From: Lophium mytilinum
Taxonomy: Eukaryota
Length of the DNA stretch: 64,000 bases
NCBI GenBank assembly: GCA_010093605.1
Contig: MU004181.1
Coordinates: 1,984,001-2,048,000 of the forward strand
Reading direction: 5' to 3'
Part shown: positions 12,592 to 24,834 of the stretch, one piece after another
Position numbering within the stretch: position 1 is the first letter of the stretch
Layout of the letters: each line of letters starts with the position of its first letter
Program-made: the position numbers and the translations under genes
The notes under the pieces: generated by a model
The model's database searches: none
Seen by the model: only the letters and a program-made list of their open reading frames with translations
Told to the model about the DNA's origin: nothing

Positions 12592-13692
12592 GGATACGGT
12601 AGGCTGAGACAAAAATAACGACACCGCTGGATAGAGATTTCGGTGTTTTGGATGACAAGGTCCTTAACGGATCTCGAGACGCGGTGGGTGGTTGTGACGG
12701 TGGAAGTATGTACAGCTTTGAAGAGTGGGAATTGCAAAGAGCTTTTTGATGAGTGTGAAACTTTGAAAAGATGCGTGAAAGAAGGCCTGCGCGGTGAAAG
12801 TTAAGTGTGCACGAAAAAATTGAAGTGGAACAATAGGACTTTGCTCTATTGTGAGCGCGAAATAGGCTTAGCTTAATCAGGGCGCGACCAATCACGCGAC
12901 TTACTCCGCTGACATGTGCTACTTGGACCATCATTGCTGGAAATTTGGGATATTTACTCTTGAGAGAATTCTAATATCTTGTACGTGTAAAGGAAAAGGA
13001 ACGGAGACTTTGGAGAACTGGAGAAATGCCATGGCCATCGCGCTTTCACGGCTGACAGTCACTGTGATATATAGCACCACAAGTTAATGCCGCGAACCGT
13101 GTTCAACGTGTTAGGTGGAATAAACTAAAGGAGACCGCCATTACGTGCTCTTCTAAATACTTCGTACGTAGTATACTGGTCTTGTGCATAAGCGTATACT
13201 TATCGAAGAGAGCAACGCCCATCCGTTCAGATCTACAGTCGATAACGCCCGCCACAGTCTCTACCCAACGTGCAAAGAATGCACTATTCTCCAAGCTGGA
13301 GTGGAAATTCCATACTGCGTAAATCAGCTCGGGGACAAATCTAATGTGACGGAGGTATCGACATCGGAAATTTAAATTCCGGGCGCGATTCGATGGGCTG
13401 GTGAGGAACGCCGGTAAATAGGGGACTTGTACAGCATACTTGAATAGTGAGACACAAAGATAGAGATTAGTCATAGAGCTATAGTTAGGGACGGTTCGAT
13501 TTGGTTTCTTGAGAAGCAAAAGACGAAGTTGAGTTGGAAGAGGTTGAAGCGTCATGTGATGATGACTTCCCGCCGTAATTCGTCCGCGGTTTCTAATCAG
13601 ACCTCGCGCCACAGCCACTCCTACGTAAGCATCAATGATACTCCACTCTCCTTTAGAAGGCAGGCTTGAGTATTCCTACGCTCACAACCGAG

Positions 13693-14651
13693 ATGGAGAA
13701 TATGCCAATCGATGACAATCCGGCCGAAATCGATGCCGATGACTGGCACAGCGTCACGGACGCTAAGAAAAGGAAGCAGATTCAAGACCGGCTAGCCCAG
13801 CGGGAAAGACGTAAGTAGTTGCCCTCATCTTCGTATATCACGAGAAGAACACAAGTCTTCTTTCTTTCCATCTTTGATTCTGAGCAAAGATTGAATCATT
13901 CTGCCGGGTTATTGATTTCTGGGGCTTCACGTCTATTAGGTAATCGTTAGACTGTTGATGCTCAGAAATGGCGCCTGAAATGTATCATGTTGAGATACGA
14001 AGTGATGGTGCTGACTGGTTCTATTCTATTATAGGAAAACGACTGCGAGAAGCCAAAAGGAGTACGAAGCAAATATCTCCACCCCTTCAAATACAGTCAA
14101 GCATTAGCGCGCAAGCTGACGACATCGCCCAACCTTCCTCGGAGTTTGCCTTTCATCCTTTTTCGTTTGACGCTTTCGAGCATGCGCCCTGTTCGAGACG
14201 AATAACGGGGCCGCTCTTGTCGTTAGACTCGCCGCAATTTTCGTCATTCTGCTCTCCTTCCATCCAACAGACCCCAAATCTGAGCTATGAGCTTCCTTAT
14301 GCGCTCCCTCTGTCTAGCGCATTGCTCATCAACGGCCGGATTCTTGGTTTACGGTGTGGTATAGACGGATTGTCTAAGTCTTTACCTGCTTCGCCGGAAG
14401 TCCCTTTTCCACTGCAACCCACGACAACCCAATTGACTATTGTACATTTCAGGGCAATCGACCGAGTCCCATTCTTCAAGATGCGAGACAATTTTATCCT
14501 TATGAGCGACGTTATCGACGAAGAGGAGCTAATAGGCGACTTATTTCTTATGCCCGGCTTTACTATCGCTCCCGGTGGCGTGTCCTGGGATCCTGAAGCT
14601 TGGAGAATCGAAAAACCCTTTGCGGACAAATGGGGCATTTTGTTTTATTGA
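13693..14651 (+). CDS. bZIP-like basic region plus DUF3425 transcription factor
   Basis: Exon 1 DDWHSVTDAKKRKQIQDRLAQRER, intron 13811-14034, exon 2 with PLQPTTTQLTIVH..IDRVPF..MRDNFI...WDPEAWRIEKPFADKWG (DUF3425 pattern). Confidence 0.85.
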
Positions 14652-15121
14652 TATTCTGGTTGTGAAAAGGATCAAATGTTCATGCTATTTGAGACCGGCC
14701 AGTGATTGCAGTTTGGGAGGTACTCAACGGGCGCATATTTGAACGGGTCACCACTTCGAGATTACCTTGCGACTTCCTAGGGATTGAGAAGTGATGGAGG
14801 TATCTTTGGGAAGAGATAAAACGTGCCCTACTGAAGTCATTTTGGGCATTCAGTCGGGAAGAGAGCTTGTTTCAGATCTAGCTATTATCAACCGTCATTG
14901 GCAATAGCTTACCAAGCCAACACTCCCCTGATTCGGCGTTTCCCTTTTTCTATCATTTGATTTCGATTCAAGCTCCCGTGAAAACGCCTGCTCATAAGAG
15001 CTGCCTGTTCTATCACATCTTACGGGGGATACGCAAAATCTTGCATTGCGAAGTGTCGAGCTTCGCAATTCATCGTCCTGGACCTTCTTCTCGGGATATC
15101 TACTCGGGCTGTCTGACGGAC

Positions 15122-15955
15122 TTAGTGCTTCCCCGCCACACCCAGTATCCAGTCAACCACTTCCTGCGGCTTACTGATCATCGGGCAATGTCCAGCTTTT
15201 ATATACGTCACATCCACCTTCTTGCCGCTTTCCTTCTCAATCAACTCTATTCCCGCTTTCTGCTTATGCGCTGGAATGCACAGATCTCCTTCACAGAGCA
15301 GATATGACACCGGGATCGTCTTATATCCGGCGTGTGTCAATTCGTTGGTAAAGCTGACAGCTGAGTGCAGAGGGAACTTCTTGATCCAGATCTCACCTTC
15401 CTCCTTAGAAATGTCCGAGAAGGTGACTGCCGCAGACCGTGAAACATCCACATGGTGCATCCAGCCCTGTTCCTGTTGGGTGTCAACGGTATGAACAAGA
15501 CGAGCGAGGGGAAAACCTACGTCTATCCTGAAATCAAGCTGCTGATTCTTGGGTAAGTCCGCGAGTACACTCATCGCGGCAGTTCCTACAGCTGGCACCA
15601 ACGACGTGATATATGCAATCCTAACAATTCCTCCACTTTTGCCTTTTTCATGCCGTTCTTCTTTGCTAAGGCCCTTCGTGCTTTGCGTCGCCGGGACGCC
15701 TCCGTAAGAGTGTGTGATCAGTATCACGTCTTTCCCCTCGTCTGCAAGCTTTTCGACCTCGTTGGCAATGAGGGCAGCATCGTCGAACATGGAGGGTGAA
15801 CTTCCTTTCCTACCAGCACCAGCCTCGAGGCCAACGCTTGGCATGTGTAAACCGCGGATGTCGTAGCCTTTAGCTTTTACTGGATCTACTACCGAGTCAT
15901 AGAACTCCGGGAGTGCAGAAGCGCCGGGAATGAGTAGGATCGAGGGTCTGGACAT
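15122..15955 (-). CDS. Alpha/beta hydrolase (abhydrolase_6-like)
   Basis: ILLIPGA oxyanion region, nucleophile motif THSYGG, D (EGDLCIP) and H (AGHCPM). One short in-frame intron near 15470-15520. ATG 15955. Confidence 0.9.
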   Translation of the reverse strand: MSRPSILLIPGASALPEFYDSVVDPVKAKGYDIRGLHMPSVGLEAGAGRKGSSPSMFDDAALIANEVEKLADEGKDVILITHSYGGVPATQSTKGLSKEERHEKGKSGGIVRIAYITSLVPAVGTAAMSVLADLPKNQQLDFRIDVGFPLARLVHTVDTQQEQGWMHHVDVSRSAAVTFSDISKEEGEIWIKKFPLHSAVSFTNELTHAGYKTIPVSYLLCEGDLCIPAHKQKAGIELIEKESGKKVDVTYIKAGHCPMISKPQEVVDWILGVAGKH

Positions 15956-16599
15956 GTTGGCGAGTGTGAGAAATAGTTTAAACGACAAGACCGTCTAAGA
16001 ATAAACAAGTTCCTTGCTCAAGTGCCGTTCAGAGTTGGCGAACGGGCTTTTGATTCTTGAGTAGAAGCTTGAGGCGGAATGATGAATGTAGAACTACACA
16101 CTGAAGCGCGCCCGTCTCTCTATTTATGTATTCATGAAACCCTTTTCTCGGCTGATGAATGGCTGTAGATCTCTGAATCTGGAATCATCTTCTGACCTAC
16201 TGTACCCATAAGACATCGTTCTGACTGTCATAAAAGCGGGGTACGGCTTTTTATCTACTGACGAATGTATACACCCTTGCTTTCGGCGAATGAACTGCTA
16301 GCTGCCTGTAATTCTAATTAGCGGATAGGTTTCTGACGGTCAGAAAAGCGGGGACGCGACATAAATCCGCATAGTGTGATGATAAATGCGTTTAGTCGAG
16401 TCAATCCTCGGAACACGGGGATCGCTGAGCTGGCGAATTTAACGAAGGACGAACTATAACGCCTAGGAAATTGTTTTGATACTCCACCCTTTTTCCGAGC
16501 AGGATCTTCGATTTGTGAGGTCTCTATGCTTACTTAACGTCTTTACTTGGGATCTTGCTGCGGACGAATATAGCCGCATTGGAATTTCTTGAGACGGCG

Positions 16600-16765
16600 T
16601 GAGTGACCCCCATAGGCTCTTACAACTGCAAATGCTATCTGAGGGTTGATATAGGGGACATTAGATTGCCTTTTGACCTAGCTGATACGTGCTCGTCAGG
16701 GCGCTCCTTACAGTGGTGCTGAGCGAGCAAGACTAGAGCCGGAGCGCTTTAATATCCGATTACCC
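16600..16765 (+). repeat. Dispersed copy of CCTTACAGTGG repeat family
   Basis: gattgccttttgac (16664) ... gctccttacagtggtgctgagcgagcaagactagagcc (16703). Confidence 0.8.
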
Positions 16766-17863
16766 TTCCAAGCTATAGGAGTCTAGAGACTATGACTTCG
16801 TCGCGTTCAACCAATACATCGTAAATGGCTTGTCTGCGCATGATCTCAAGCTTATGACCAATGAGCGTAGAGATTTCAATCCTTCAGATTACTCGTTTGG
16901 GTAACTACCCTTTGAGAGTACCCGTCTTACTCGGCCCAAGACCTCCCCTTATACTTTACAACCCACTTCACCGTATATGTGATATAGTTCAAGAGATTTA
17001 GCTTTTGCCTGAAGCACAGACTACCAACCTCTCCGCTTTGCAAGTCCTACGACTATCCTTTCTCCAAGTCCTCCCTTCCACGCCATCCTCAAAGAACGTC
17101 TAGCTAATCACTAACACCCCTGAATGCTGCTAGTTGACGAGAGTAGTACCGCTCTGGAAGAAGGCGTTTGAAACACTTCGGCTGGTCTTGCGCATGCGGC
17201 CTTCCGCGATTCGAGCATGTTCAACTGGATATCTGGCTTGCTTCTTGGGGCGGTCGCAATCCAGCCACATGTGATATGATCACATTTTTGGTTTTCCATA
17301 GATCAAATAAAAAGCTGTTTGGAAATAGAACACAAATGCAATAACGATTGCGAGGGAGGAGCAGTGAGCGATGCATACGGTAGGCACGTTTCTCCTTGAA
17401 TATCCCTTCTATCTTTCCCGACTCTTCTCTCTCTCCATCAAGCATCATCTTCACCACGAGTATCAGCTCTTACCGCCGCCCTCTATTCAGTAAATGTAAC
17501 CTCAAATAACAGCCACTTCACTTCGTTACGATCGGATACTTGTTATCATTCATCCTTGCACTCTTAGAAACAGCGCCGTCTACGAGCCTGTGGCGGAGGA
17601 AGCCTAAGGATTTGCGGACACTCTCGTGGGTAACATCTTCCTCTAACACTCCCAACTCACCCAGTGAGTTGCATTTACGTTCCATGTTTAAAGTAGGACT
17701 AATTCTGGCTGGTGAGATTGCACTCCACTTCGACACTACCGCCAACGTATACACGCGGAGAAACACACCTGCGTTGGGCGCCTCGCAACTTTTCCAAGTA
17801 ACAGGTTTTGCGGTGCCCTCGGTATCGAATACACCCAGCTGCTCACTACACCAACGCGTCGAC

Positions 17864-18553
17864 ATGGCTAAGTATAAGACCGGAGGTAGAGGGAAGTGGA
17901 CAAATGAGGCGGCGAGGAAGGAGCGAGCGGAGAAGAGAATGCAGCAGAAGATAAAACAGCGACAGCAACAAGAGAGCAAGCGGGAAGCGAAGAGCGACTG
18001 CGATGAAGAAGAGGATTCTCTCTCTAAGCGCACAAACGTACCCAAAGAAGCATACACTCATGACAGCTTCACGGAAGGTGAGATGGACGAGGTTGTATTA
18101 AGCGTCTTTCTGAACCGTTCTTGACCAGATCCAGCCGCCATTCAAAACCAACTTCTTTCAGAGGAGACGACTACTAGAGACGCTGGAACGAGGGCGCTCG
18201 AACGAGGCATACCAACGGATACACATACTCCAACAAGACCCTATCCACCAGGCAGCAGACCCGAAACTCTCTCAGCGATCCAGGGCTTCGAGGCTATTCT
18301 CGTGACGTACGAAACGAGCTTGGTATCCAAAGACGCGGCGATTCAGCGGTTGGAGGACCGGAACAAAGTTTTGGAAGTTGTTGTCAAGGAGACTTTCATG
18401 GCTCTCAAAGTTGTCGAGACATTGAAAGAAAAATACGTTCGGAATCTGAACGAGCAAGTCGAAACACTCGAGAAGTGTATCCATGATCTGACGGAAGTGG
18501 CGTGCAGCGAAATAGTGGTTGGCCCATGGGTTGCCACCAGCCCTTCAAGATAA
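17864..18553 (+). CDS. Orphan basic/coiled-coil protein (exon structure uncertain)
   Basis: MAKYKTGGRGKW...K/R/E-rich stretch, followed after a probable intron (about 18078-18130) by the heptad-like segment DAAIQRLEDRNKVLE...LNEQVETLEKCIHDL. Confidence 0.45.
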
Positions 18554-18994
18554 ACATGGACTAAATTGCATTCTTCCAGCTGGTGCGAGCTTCATCAAAT
18601 TTGGCGCTGTGTTTGAACGCAACCATTTTACTCCATGTAATTGTTCAGGAGGCTCCTAGTATCCATACTTTCGATCGCCTATCCGTGGGACCTGTTCAGG
18701 ATTGAACACCTACTCATACAAAAGAGAAGGAAAACGATTATCCATCTTCAGAATGCAGCCATCGAAGTTGCTCGGATATACTTGACTAGGCACCCTGTAA
18801 TCCCCTGTCCCCTTCAGTCCCCCTGGCCCCCCTCACCTGTTCTGCCCAAGGACTTAACTTGTCATTCAAGTATCGCGGGCAATACGGCTATTTACGACGC
18901 AGACTAAGTCCATACAGAAGGTAAACATTGCCGAAACGACCCCTCGTGTGCGGTTTAGGGCAGCTTTCTAATCTACATTATTTTGCGCACCACT

Positions 18995-19750
18995 TTACTC
19001 AAAGGAATGGTCTTTGAGGTCAAGAATGAGGTAATTGGAACGACCATTAGAGACTGGAAAGTTAAAGGAACCACAAGGAAGCCAGGACTTGCCCCTTCTT
19101 CTCCCCATCCACCCCAGCCGCCTTCGCATCGCCCTTCTTGTCCAACGTCTCTGCGTCCAAGGCGCACTCTTTTCAACTTGAGCCTGCATCGCCTCCTTCC
19201 TCTTTACATCCGTTTTCCAGCCGCGGATCTTCCTTTGTGCTTCTCTCATCTTGGCAAAGTTCTCCCCGGCCTCTTTCGCCTTCTCTGCTGCTTACTTCGT
19301 CAACTCGATGAACTTCACTTCGGCTGCCGTCGTTAGCTTCTGCTGCAGACTTAGATCCTCTCTGTACAGCTTGATCTTTCCACCGTGGATCGTTGCCTTC
19401 AGTCCCAGCTCATAGACCTGCTTTTACAGCTTCTGGGTAACCTCGTCGACGTCGGACTGCACCTCCGGCCTGATGATCTGGGTTTTGCGAATTCCATTCT
19501 CCCGGCCGCCGCCGCGGAGGTAATCAGCGGAGGAAAATATCGGCCCCATTATCAGTACAACAATGGAATATGCAGATGTCATGAAAGCTTGCTTACAATG
19601 AAGAGCGGTCCTTGCTGAGTAAGGGAAAGATGTTAGAATAAGATACGAAGTCGGTGAGTTGAAGTCAGACGGGTGATCATGGAAGGAGTCTGTGATTCTG
19701 TTCTCTTTTCTTTTCTTTCTTCTGTTTGTTCCGCTCTCCCGTAAGTGCAT
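18995..19750 (-). pseudogene. Orphan coiled-coil gene broken by two in-frame TAA codons
   Basis: ORFs 19424-19750 and 18995-19249 share a frame. Read-through gives ...EVTQKL*KQVYELG...IELTK*AAEKAKEAGENFAKMREAQRK...; stops at 19424-19426 and 19292-19294. Confidence 0.55.
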
Positions 19751-19999
19751 AAAGCGAGGCGTTTCTGCCCCTCTACGGACGGGTTGGCATTATACGCAGG
19801 CCTAACGAGGAGTTGGAGACTCACGGCTGCATGACAGGACTTGTACGTATAAACCGAATTCTCCTTCCTTCATTAGAGGCCTTCCTTTAGATACTCACAA
19901 TAATACATATATCAAGATAAGTATTGTGCCTTTGTTTTTTGTCACAAACTAGACCTTATTCATAGCCGTAGCACCTATATAGGCTAGAAGAACAGGCAC

Positions 20000-20610
20000 T
20001 CGGCTATAAAGCGGGTTGACTTCTAATTCTACTCCCTTGACACCACTGTGAGGAGCAGCCTAACGAGCATGTGGCTTATAAGTCAAAAGGGTAGTGTATT
20101 ATCTAGTGCAATGACTTTTACCTCCAATTGAGATCTTCACACCTACATAGGGGCTCCCTGATGAATGATAAGCAAAAGACCAGACTTGGATCTTAGGGAA
20201 AGGAAGAAGGTTGATGAATGCAGCCCCCCTTAACTCCAATTTGCACGCTCCACCCCACCGTAAGGAGTGGCGTAAGCGGCAGGCTAAGAAGGCAGTCTAA
20301 TATCAACTACAGAAACCTTCAGACCGTGTTGAGAATCTGAGAAGCGCGATGTATGGATATCTCACTGCTGGGGGTTTCCCCTTTCGCGATCTAGACCTCT
20401 GTACGAAGTAGCCCATCTAGCCTATAGCCCGCAAGTCAAGCGGCAGTCTGATCCTCCATGCATTGTTGTTTAGGCCACATCTCAAGTCTTCCAGATTTCA
20501 TCAAATGGATATCCTGCTGCTGAAACTCCAATCTTACTCGGTGGACACCGCTGTCAAGAGCAGTCCCGCTAAGAGGTACCTAACTGGTCAAAAGGTAGGC
20601 TGAATTTGAC
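20000..20610 (-). repeat. Three or more reverse-oriented copies of the CCTTACAGTGG repeat family
   Basis: Cores ccactgtgagg 20043, ccaccgtaagg 20255 and ccgctgtcaag 20548; partner motif gtcaaaag(g)gtag at 20082 and 20587. Confidence 0.75.
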
Positions 20611-21302
20611 TGAACGAGGATATAGATATGGAGCAACATGGGTATCACGCTCGCTCGCTTGACGATGCCATGGGGACTGACCCAACTAAGAAGTACCTGG
20701 CTTTATTGTATTGAGTCTTCCCTTCTCATTTGACGGCGATGTATGTGGCAGTCCAGTTGGCCAAATGCCAATTATCCAATATCCATTCTAACGCTCACTG
20801 CATCAACCCTTCCATCATGGCCAGTCCTGAAAAGCCATTGTTGTTTCTCTATATGAGGAGGCGCCAGCGTAATCTTCGGGGAGATTGAACTTGGTTCCAT
20901 GGTAGACGTTTGCGCGATCCTTGGGAGGCTTATTTGGACCTCTGGTTTCTGTTCAAACCCATCTCCTTCTGATACGCCATTGATGCCCCAGTTTATAGAA
21001 TCTAAGGACGGCCGACGGGGTTGGTGGCCGCGAAGCTGAGGGCGCATGGCAGTGTTCGTTTGAGGCATCTCTATATCGTTGATCGCAGTACCTTCGTAAG
21101 AGAGGACAGCGCGATGCGCGACTAGCAGCTGTCACTATCGGCGCTGAAGAGTTCTGCCTTCTGGGCGCGCATTTCGAATGAAGCGGCGAGCGCTCCTTCC
21201 GCCTTTCCCCAAACCTTGTGACAACCTCACTTCAAGACCACCGCCCTGCTTCCTCTTCCACCATTACCACCTTGCCTGCAGCGCTTTGGCCCAACAGCCA
21301 CC

Positions 21303-23265
21303 ATGGATTGCAAAATCAAGAACGACGCCGTAGTCCTGAACGAGGACCTTGAGATCTCGTTCCGCCGCACCATCCGCGTGCCGGACAACAAGCAGACCTC
21401 CAACCTGCGGCCAGACCTTGGAGCGTTCCCGCTGTATCCGGTCTCCGAATATGCAAAGGCGCTCCCCGCTGACATGACTCGCAAAGGCGGGCTCTTCCTT
21501 CCGATGTACCGTAAGTCCTAGCACGTTGCCCAAACGGCGATGCGCTGTAGCTAAAACAATTCCAGAACGGGAGGCAATGTGGGTAAACTTCAACGCCAAA
21601 ACTCCTTTCGCAATCAAGATATATGTCGGTGGTATCAATGCGATCTCTGGAGAGCCCGCGCTGGAGACTATGGCCACGAAACTTCGCCGTGCAACGATCT
21701 TGTCGAACACGAAAACCCGCCATCTGTTGCAGGACTACATCGTGGTACCAGATCAGAAATGGCTTGATGGAATTGCAACTTCTGCTGGAAACATCAAACA
21801 GTTCGTGGCCATGCCTCATGGAGCAGGCTACTCGGTTGAAGCCCAGGTCACTGGCCAAGAGGTGGTTGGCGGATTGCAGTTCGAGATCACACCCAGCAAG
21901 GAGGCCATGGATTACCTGGGCAGAAAGCACTGGCAGGGCTTGCTTAGAGTTTGGACACCCTACTGCGAGCATATGACCTTCGATCTCGCTTCTTCTGATA
22001 CCATGCTATCCCTGAAGAAGTTGATTGAGTCCAGAAACTCCATTGCAGTGGAAGACCAGCAGTTGATTTGGGCAGGAAAGCGCCTTGATGGTATTCATAC
22101 TTCATTCATGCACTCCATCTCAAGCTAACCATCTTGACCTAGACGCGAAGTGTTTTGAGGACTACCGAATCGAAAAGGTCAGTCTGACGATATGTACCCG
22201 AGACGCTATCTAATTATCTGGCTCTAGGACAGTACAATCAGCCTGGGCTTCGTAGGAAAGACTAAAGAAGCCTTTGACAGGACACAACGGGAGAAACAGA
22301 AGGTAGCTTGGGAAGCATTTGCGCGAAAGAGAGCTGCGCTGCATAAGAAGCGTACTGGCGAAGAGCTGGAATTCCCTCGAACCTGGAGCGGCACGGTCTT
22401 CGTCGAGACCCTAACCGGAAAGAAAATCCAGCTGGGGGTGGAGTACTCATGCACCATCGACAATCTCAAGACCATAGTACAAGACAAGGAAGGTATTCCT
22501 CCGGACCAACAGAGACTGTTCTTCGTGGGAAAGCAAATGGAAGGTGAGTAATAAGGCCCCTTTTAGTGTCCTTGACTAATACAGTGCCTTGATCAACAGA
22601 CATGAGAACCCTGTCAGACTACCACGTGATGAATGTAAGTTCAGACAGGCTCTATAGAGAAAGTTATTCTGATCATTGAATAGGGCGATACGATTTTTCT
22701 TATTCCCCGACGCAGAGGTGGAGGTGGTGGCCCTGTTGCGTCTGAGCAGGCTGATAGTGCTCAGATGGGACTGGCGGCTGGGGGTCAGATCAAGCAAGTC
22801 ATCAAGCGGGATGACTACGACTCTTCCAAGTGGATTGCTGCTTTGACAACCGTTTTCAACGTTCAGATCCTTAACACGAACGCCTTCCAATCCGTCACCG
22901 GCATCTCTGCCCCACCGACACCCGTTACGATGGACACCTACGTCAGGCACGGACTGCCTTTCTTTTCACTGGAAGAAGCCCCGTCTGGCTTAGCTGGAGA
23001 ATTAAATTCCGTCAAGTCCGTGGCTGAGATTGATGGGAAGAAGGAGAAAGACATACATCCTGAGACAATTGCCATCATTCCCCGCAGCGCCGGAACCACG
23101 GGTATGTGACATATTTGCGAGTGCTCTATTGCCTACAAGGATTAAGACTAACACCCGTTGACAGAAGTCGAGATAGGTCTCACCAATCCAGGCGGCCCAA
23201 TGCTTCCCTTCCGCACTCGCGAGCATCTAGAGGATGAGAAGGGTTACAGCGTGGTCAAGTTCTGA
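21303..23265 (+). CDS. Multi-exon protein with two ubiquitin-like domains embedded in an uncharacterised conserved domain
   Basis: N-part [12 protein letters not shown]...GAFPLY...[13 protein letters not shown]...GGLQFEITP. Ubl1 ...[11 protein letters not shown]...[13 protein letters not shown]. Ubl2 [13 protein letters not shown]...[37 protein letters not shown]...LIPRRRGG. C-part [16 protein letters not shown]. Several short GT-AG introns; stop 23263-23265. Confidence 0.85.
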
Positions 23266-23820
23266 ACTCAGTGGGTATAGGCTGGTTCATGTGGTGTCTT
23301 TACGATCAACGGCTGCTTCATTGCGGTTAGAGTCGCCGATGTGGGGTTGCACGGCTAATGTCACATAAAGGAATGGAGTGGATGGACAATGAATGTGACC
23401 CGGCCTTCTCACTTAGAAGAGACTGGTGCCTCAGCTGCTCACATCACACTGTTGAATTCAAAGCTAGCTTAACAAAAGGCTTGTTTGAAAACCCTCTTGA
23501 ATCACGGCTCGGTTTCATTTTGAATCGTATTGCAAGTTTGTGCGTTGACATTGTAGTTCTCGTTGCATGAGTAAGTGTCGCACGTCAGTGCTACCAATGC
23601 TCTATATTGATCGGCGGATCACCTACCCAGCCAGTGAGCCTCCCACAAACTGACATGATTTTAGCATCTCAGCTAGCTTTCCAACTTCAAGAGCTACTAG
23701 CTTCATCTTCATAAACACTTCGCTAAGAAAATACTAAAGCCGACCGGGATGCCTTGTGTTCAAAGCCAAGTCTGAAGAGTCCACTGCTATATTACCCCTC
23801 CCAGTGACTTGACTGTCCCC

Positions 23821-24834
23821 TTAATCTTCAAGTTCCAAAAACGTGATCATTCGATTCTTCGCATCGTTGCGGTAGAATGCTTCTCCAGCGGACAGGCAGC
23901 CTTCTATCTGCTCCCTAACCCACGCTCCGATCCTATCGCGACTCCACTTCTTATTGTCCTGCGCAGCTGCCTCTTTGTCTTCCTCGGACAGAATTATGGG
24001 AGTCTCTTTACTCCCAATTGGAGGTCTTTCACTCTGCCTCGGAGCAACAAGTCGCGGATTGAGCGGCGCAGGCGCCAGAGGAACAGGTGCTCTCACCCGC
24101 GGCACAACCGGCACAACCGGCACAACAGCGCAGCGCCGCGACTTAGCCACCATGGCCTCGTAGGTGACTTGGACATGGCCCTTGAGGAGCATGCTCGTGT
24201 TAAGAAACCTTCCTATTCTGTCGGGATACCCCCCAGTCCCCCCCTCGAGCCTCAATCTTACGATGTTGTCGACCATCGGCTGGACGAACCGCTGTGCTTC
24301 GGTCGACACCCCGGCATTCTCCCAGATCCCCTGCACCTCTTCCACTGTGATATCGCGGTTCTTGAGGTCATAGTGCATTATGGCGGCTAGCTGGCACGCC
24401 TCGTTGCTCATACCGAAGAGCCATAGGGCTTGGTGGATCTGGACGCACTGGGTGAGGGATTCGGGCGCTTGGAGGTGGACGGGCTCGCGGCTGCGGCAGA
24501 AGTCGCTGAGCCAACGGAGGACTGCGTCGATGCCAAATACGTGTTGCACTTTGCGCGGGATGATGATGTGGTCGCCATGGATGAAGATGCGGTCGCCGTA
24601 TGTGAAGATGCGGCCGCCTTGGAGGAAGTGTGGGACGGTAGTTGAGAAGGTGGTGAGCATCTTGAGTGGAATGTGGGTCGGTACAGTTGCGTCGTTGTAA
24701 TCCAGGATCACTTGGGTGTAAGGGGCCGTCAGGATAGATTGGCGGATGGAAAAGGAGATTTTACGTGATAGTGACACGGTTCTTGAGGGCGGGCATGGGA
24801 TCACCGTCGTCGCGGGTTGTAGCATCGAAGCCAT
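23821..24834 (-). CDS. Divergent BTB/POZ-like orphan protein
   Basis: Long ORF with ATG 24834; pattern IPLKMLTTFS ... GIDAVLRWL ... CVQIHQALWLFGM. The fold assignment is by eye only. Confidence 0.6.
   Translation of the reverse strand: MASMLQPATTVIPCPPSRTVSLSRKISFSIRQSILTAPYTQVILDYNDATVPTHIPLKMLTTFSTTVPHFLQGGRIFTYGDRIFIHGDHIIIPRKVQHVFGIDAVLRWLSDFCRSREPVHLQAPESLTQCVQIHQALWLFGMSNEACQLAAIMHYDLKNRDITVEEVQGIWENAGVSTEAQRFVQPMVDNIVRLRLEGGTGGYPDRIGRFLNTSMLLKGHVQVTYEAMVAKSRRCAVVPVVPVVPRVRAPVPLAPAPLNPRLVAPRQSERPPIGSKETPIILSEEDKEAAAQDNKKWSRDRIGAWVREQIEGCLSAGEAFYRNDAKNRMITFLELED

Noticed and set aside
13103..13618. 171-aa minus-strand ORF between the F-box and bZIP genes
   Set aside because: Non-ATG start, no motif, and it lies in a divergent promoter region.
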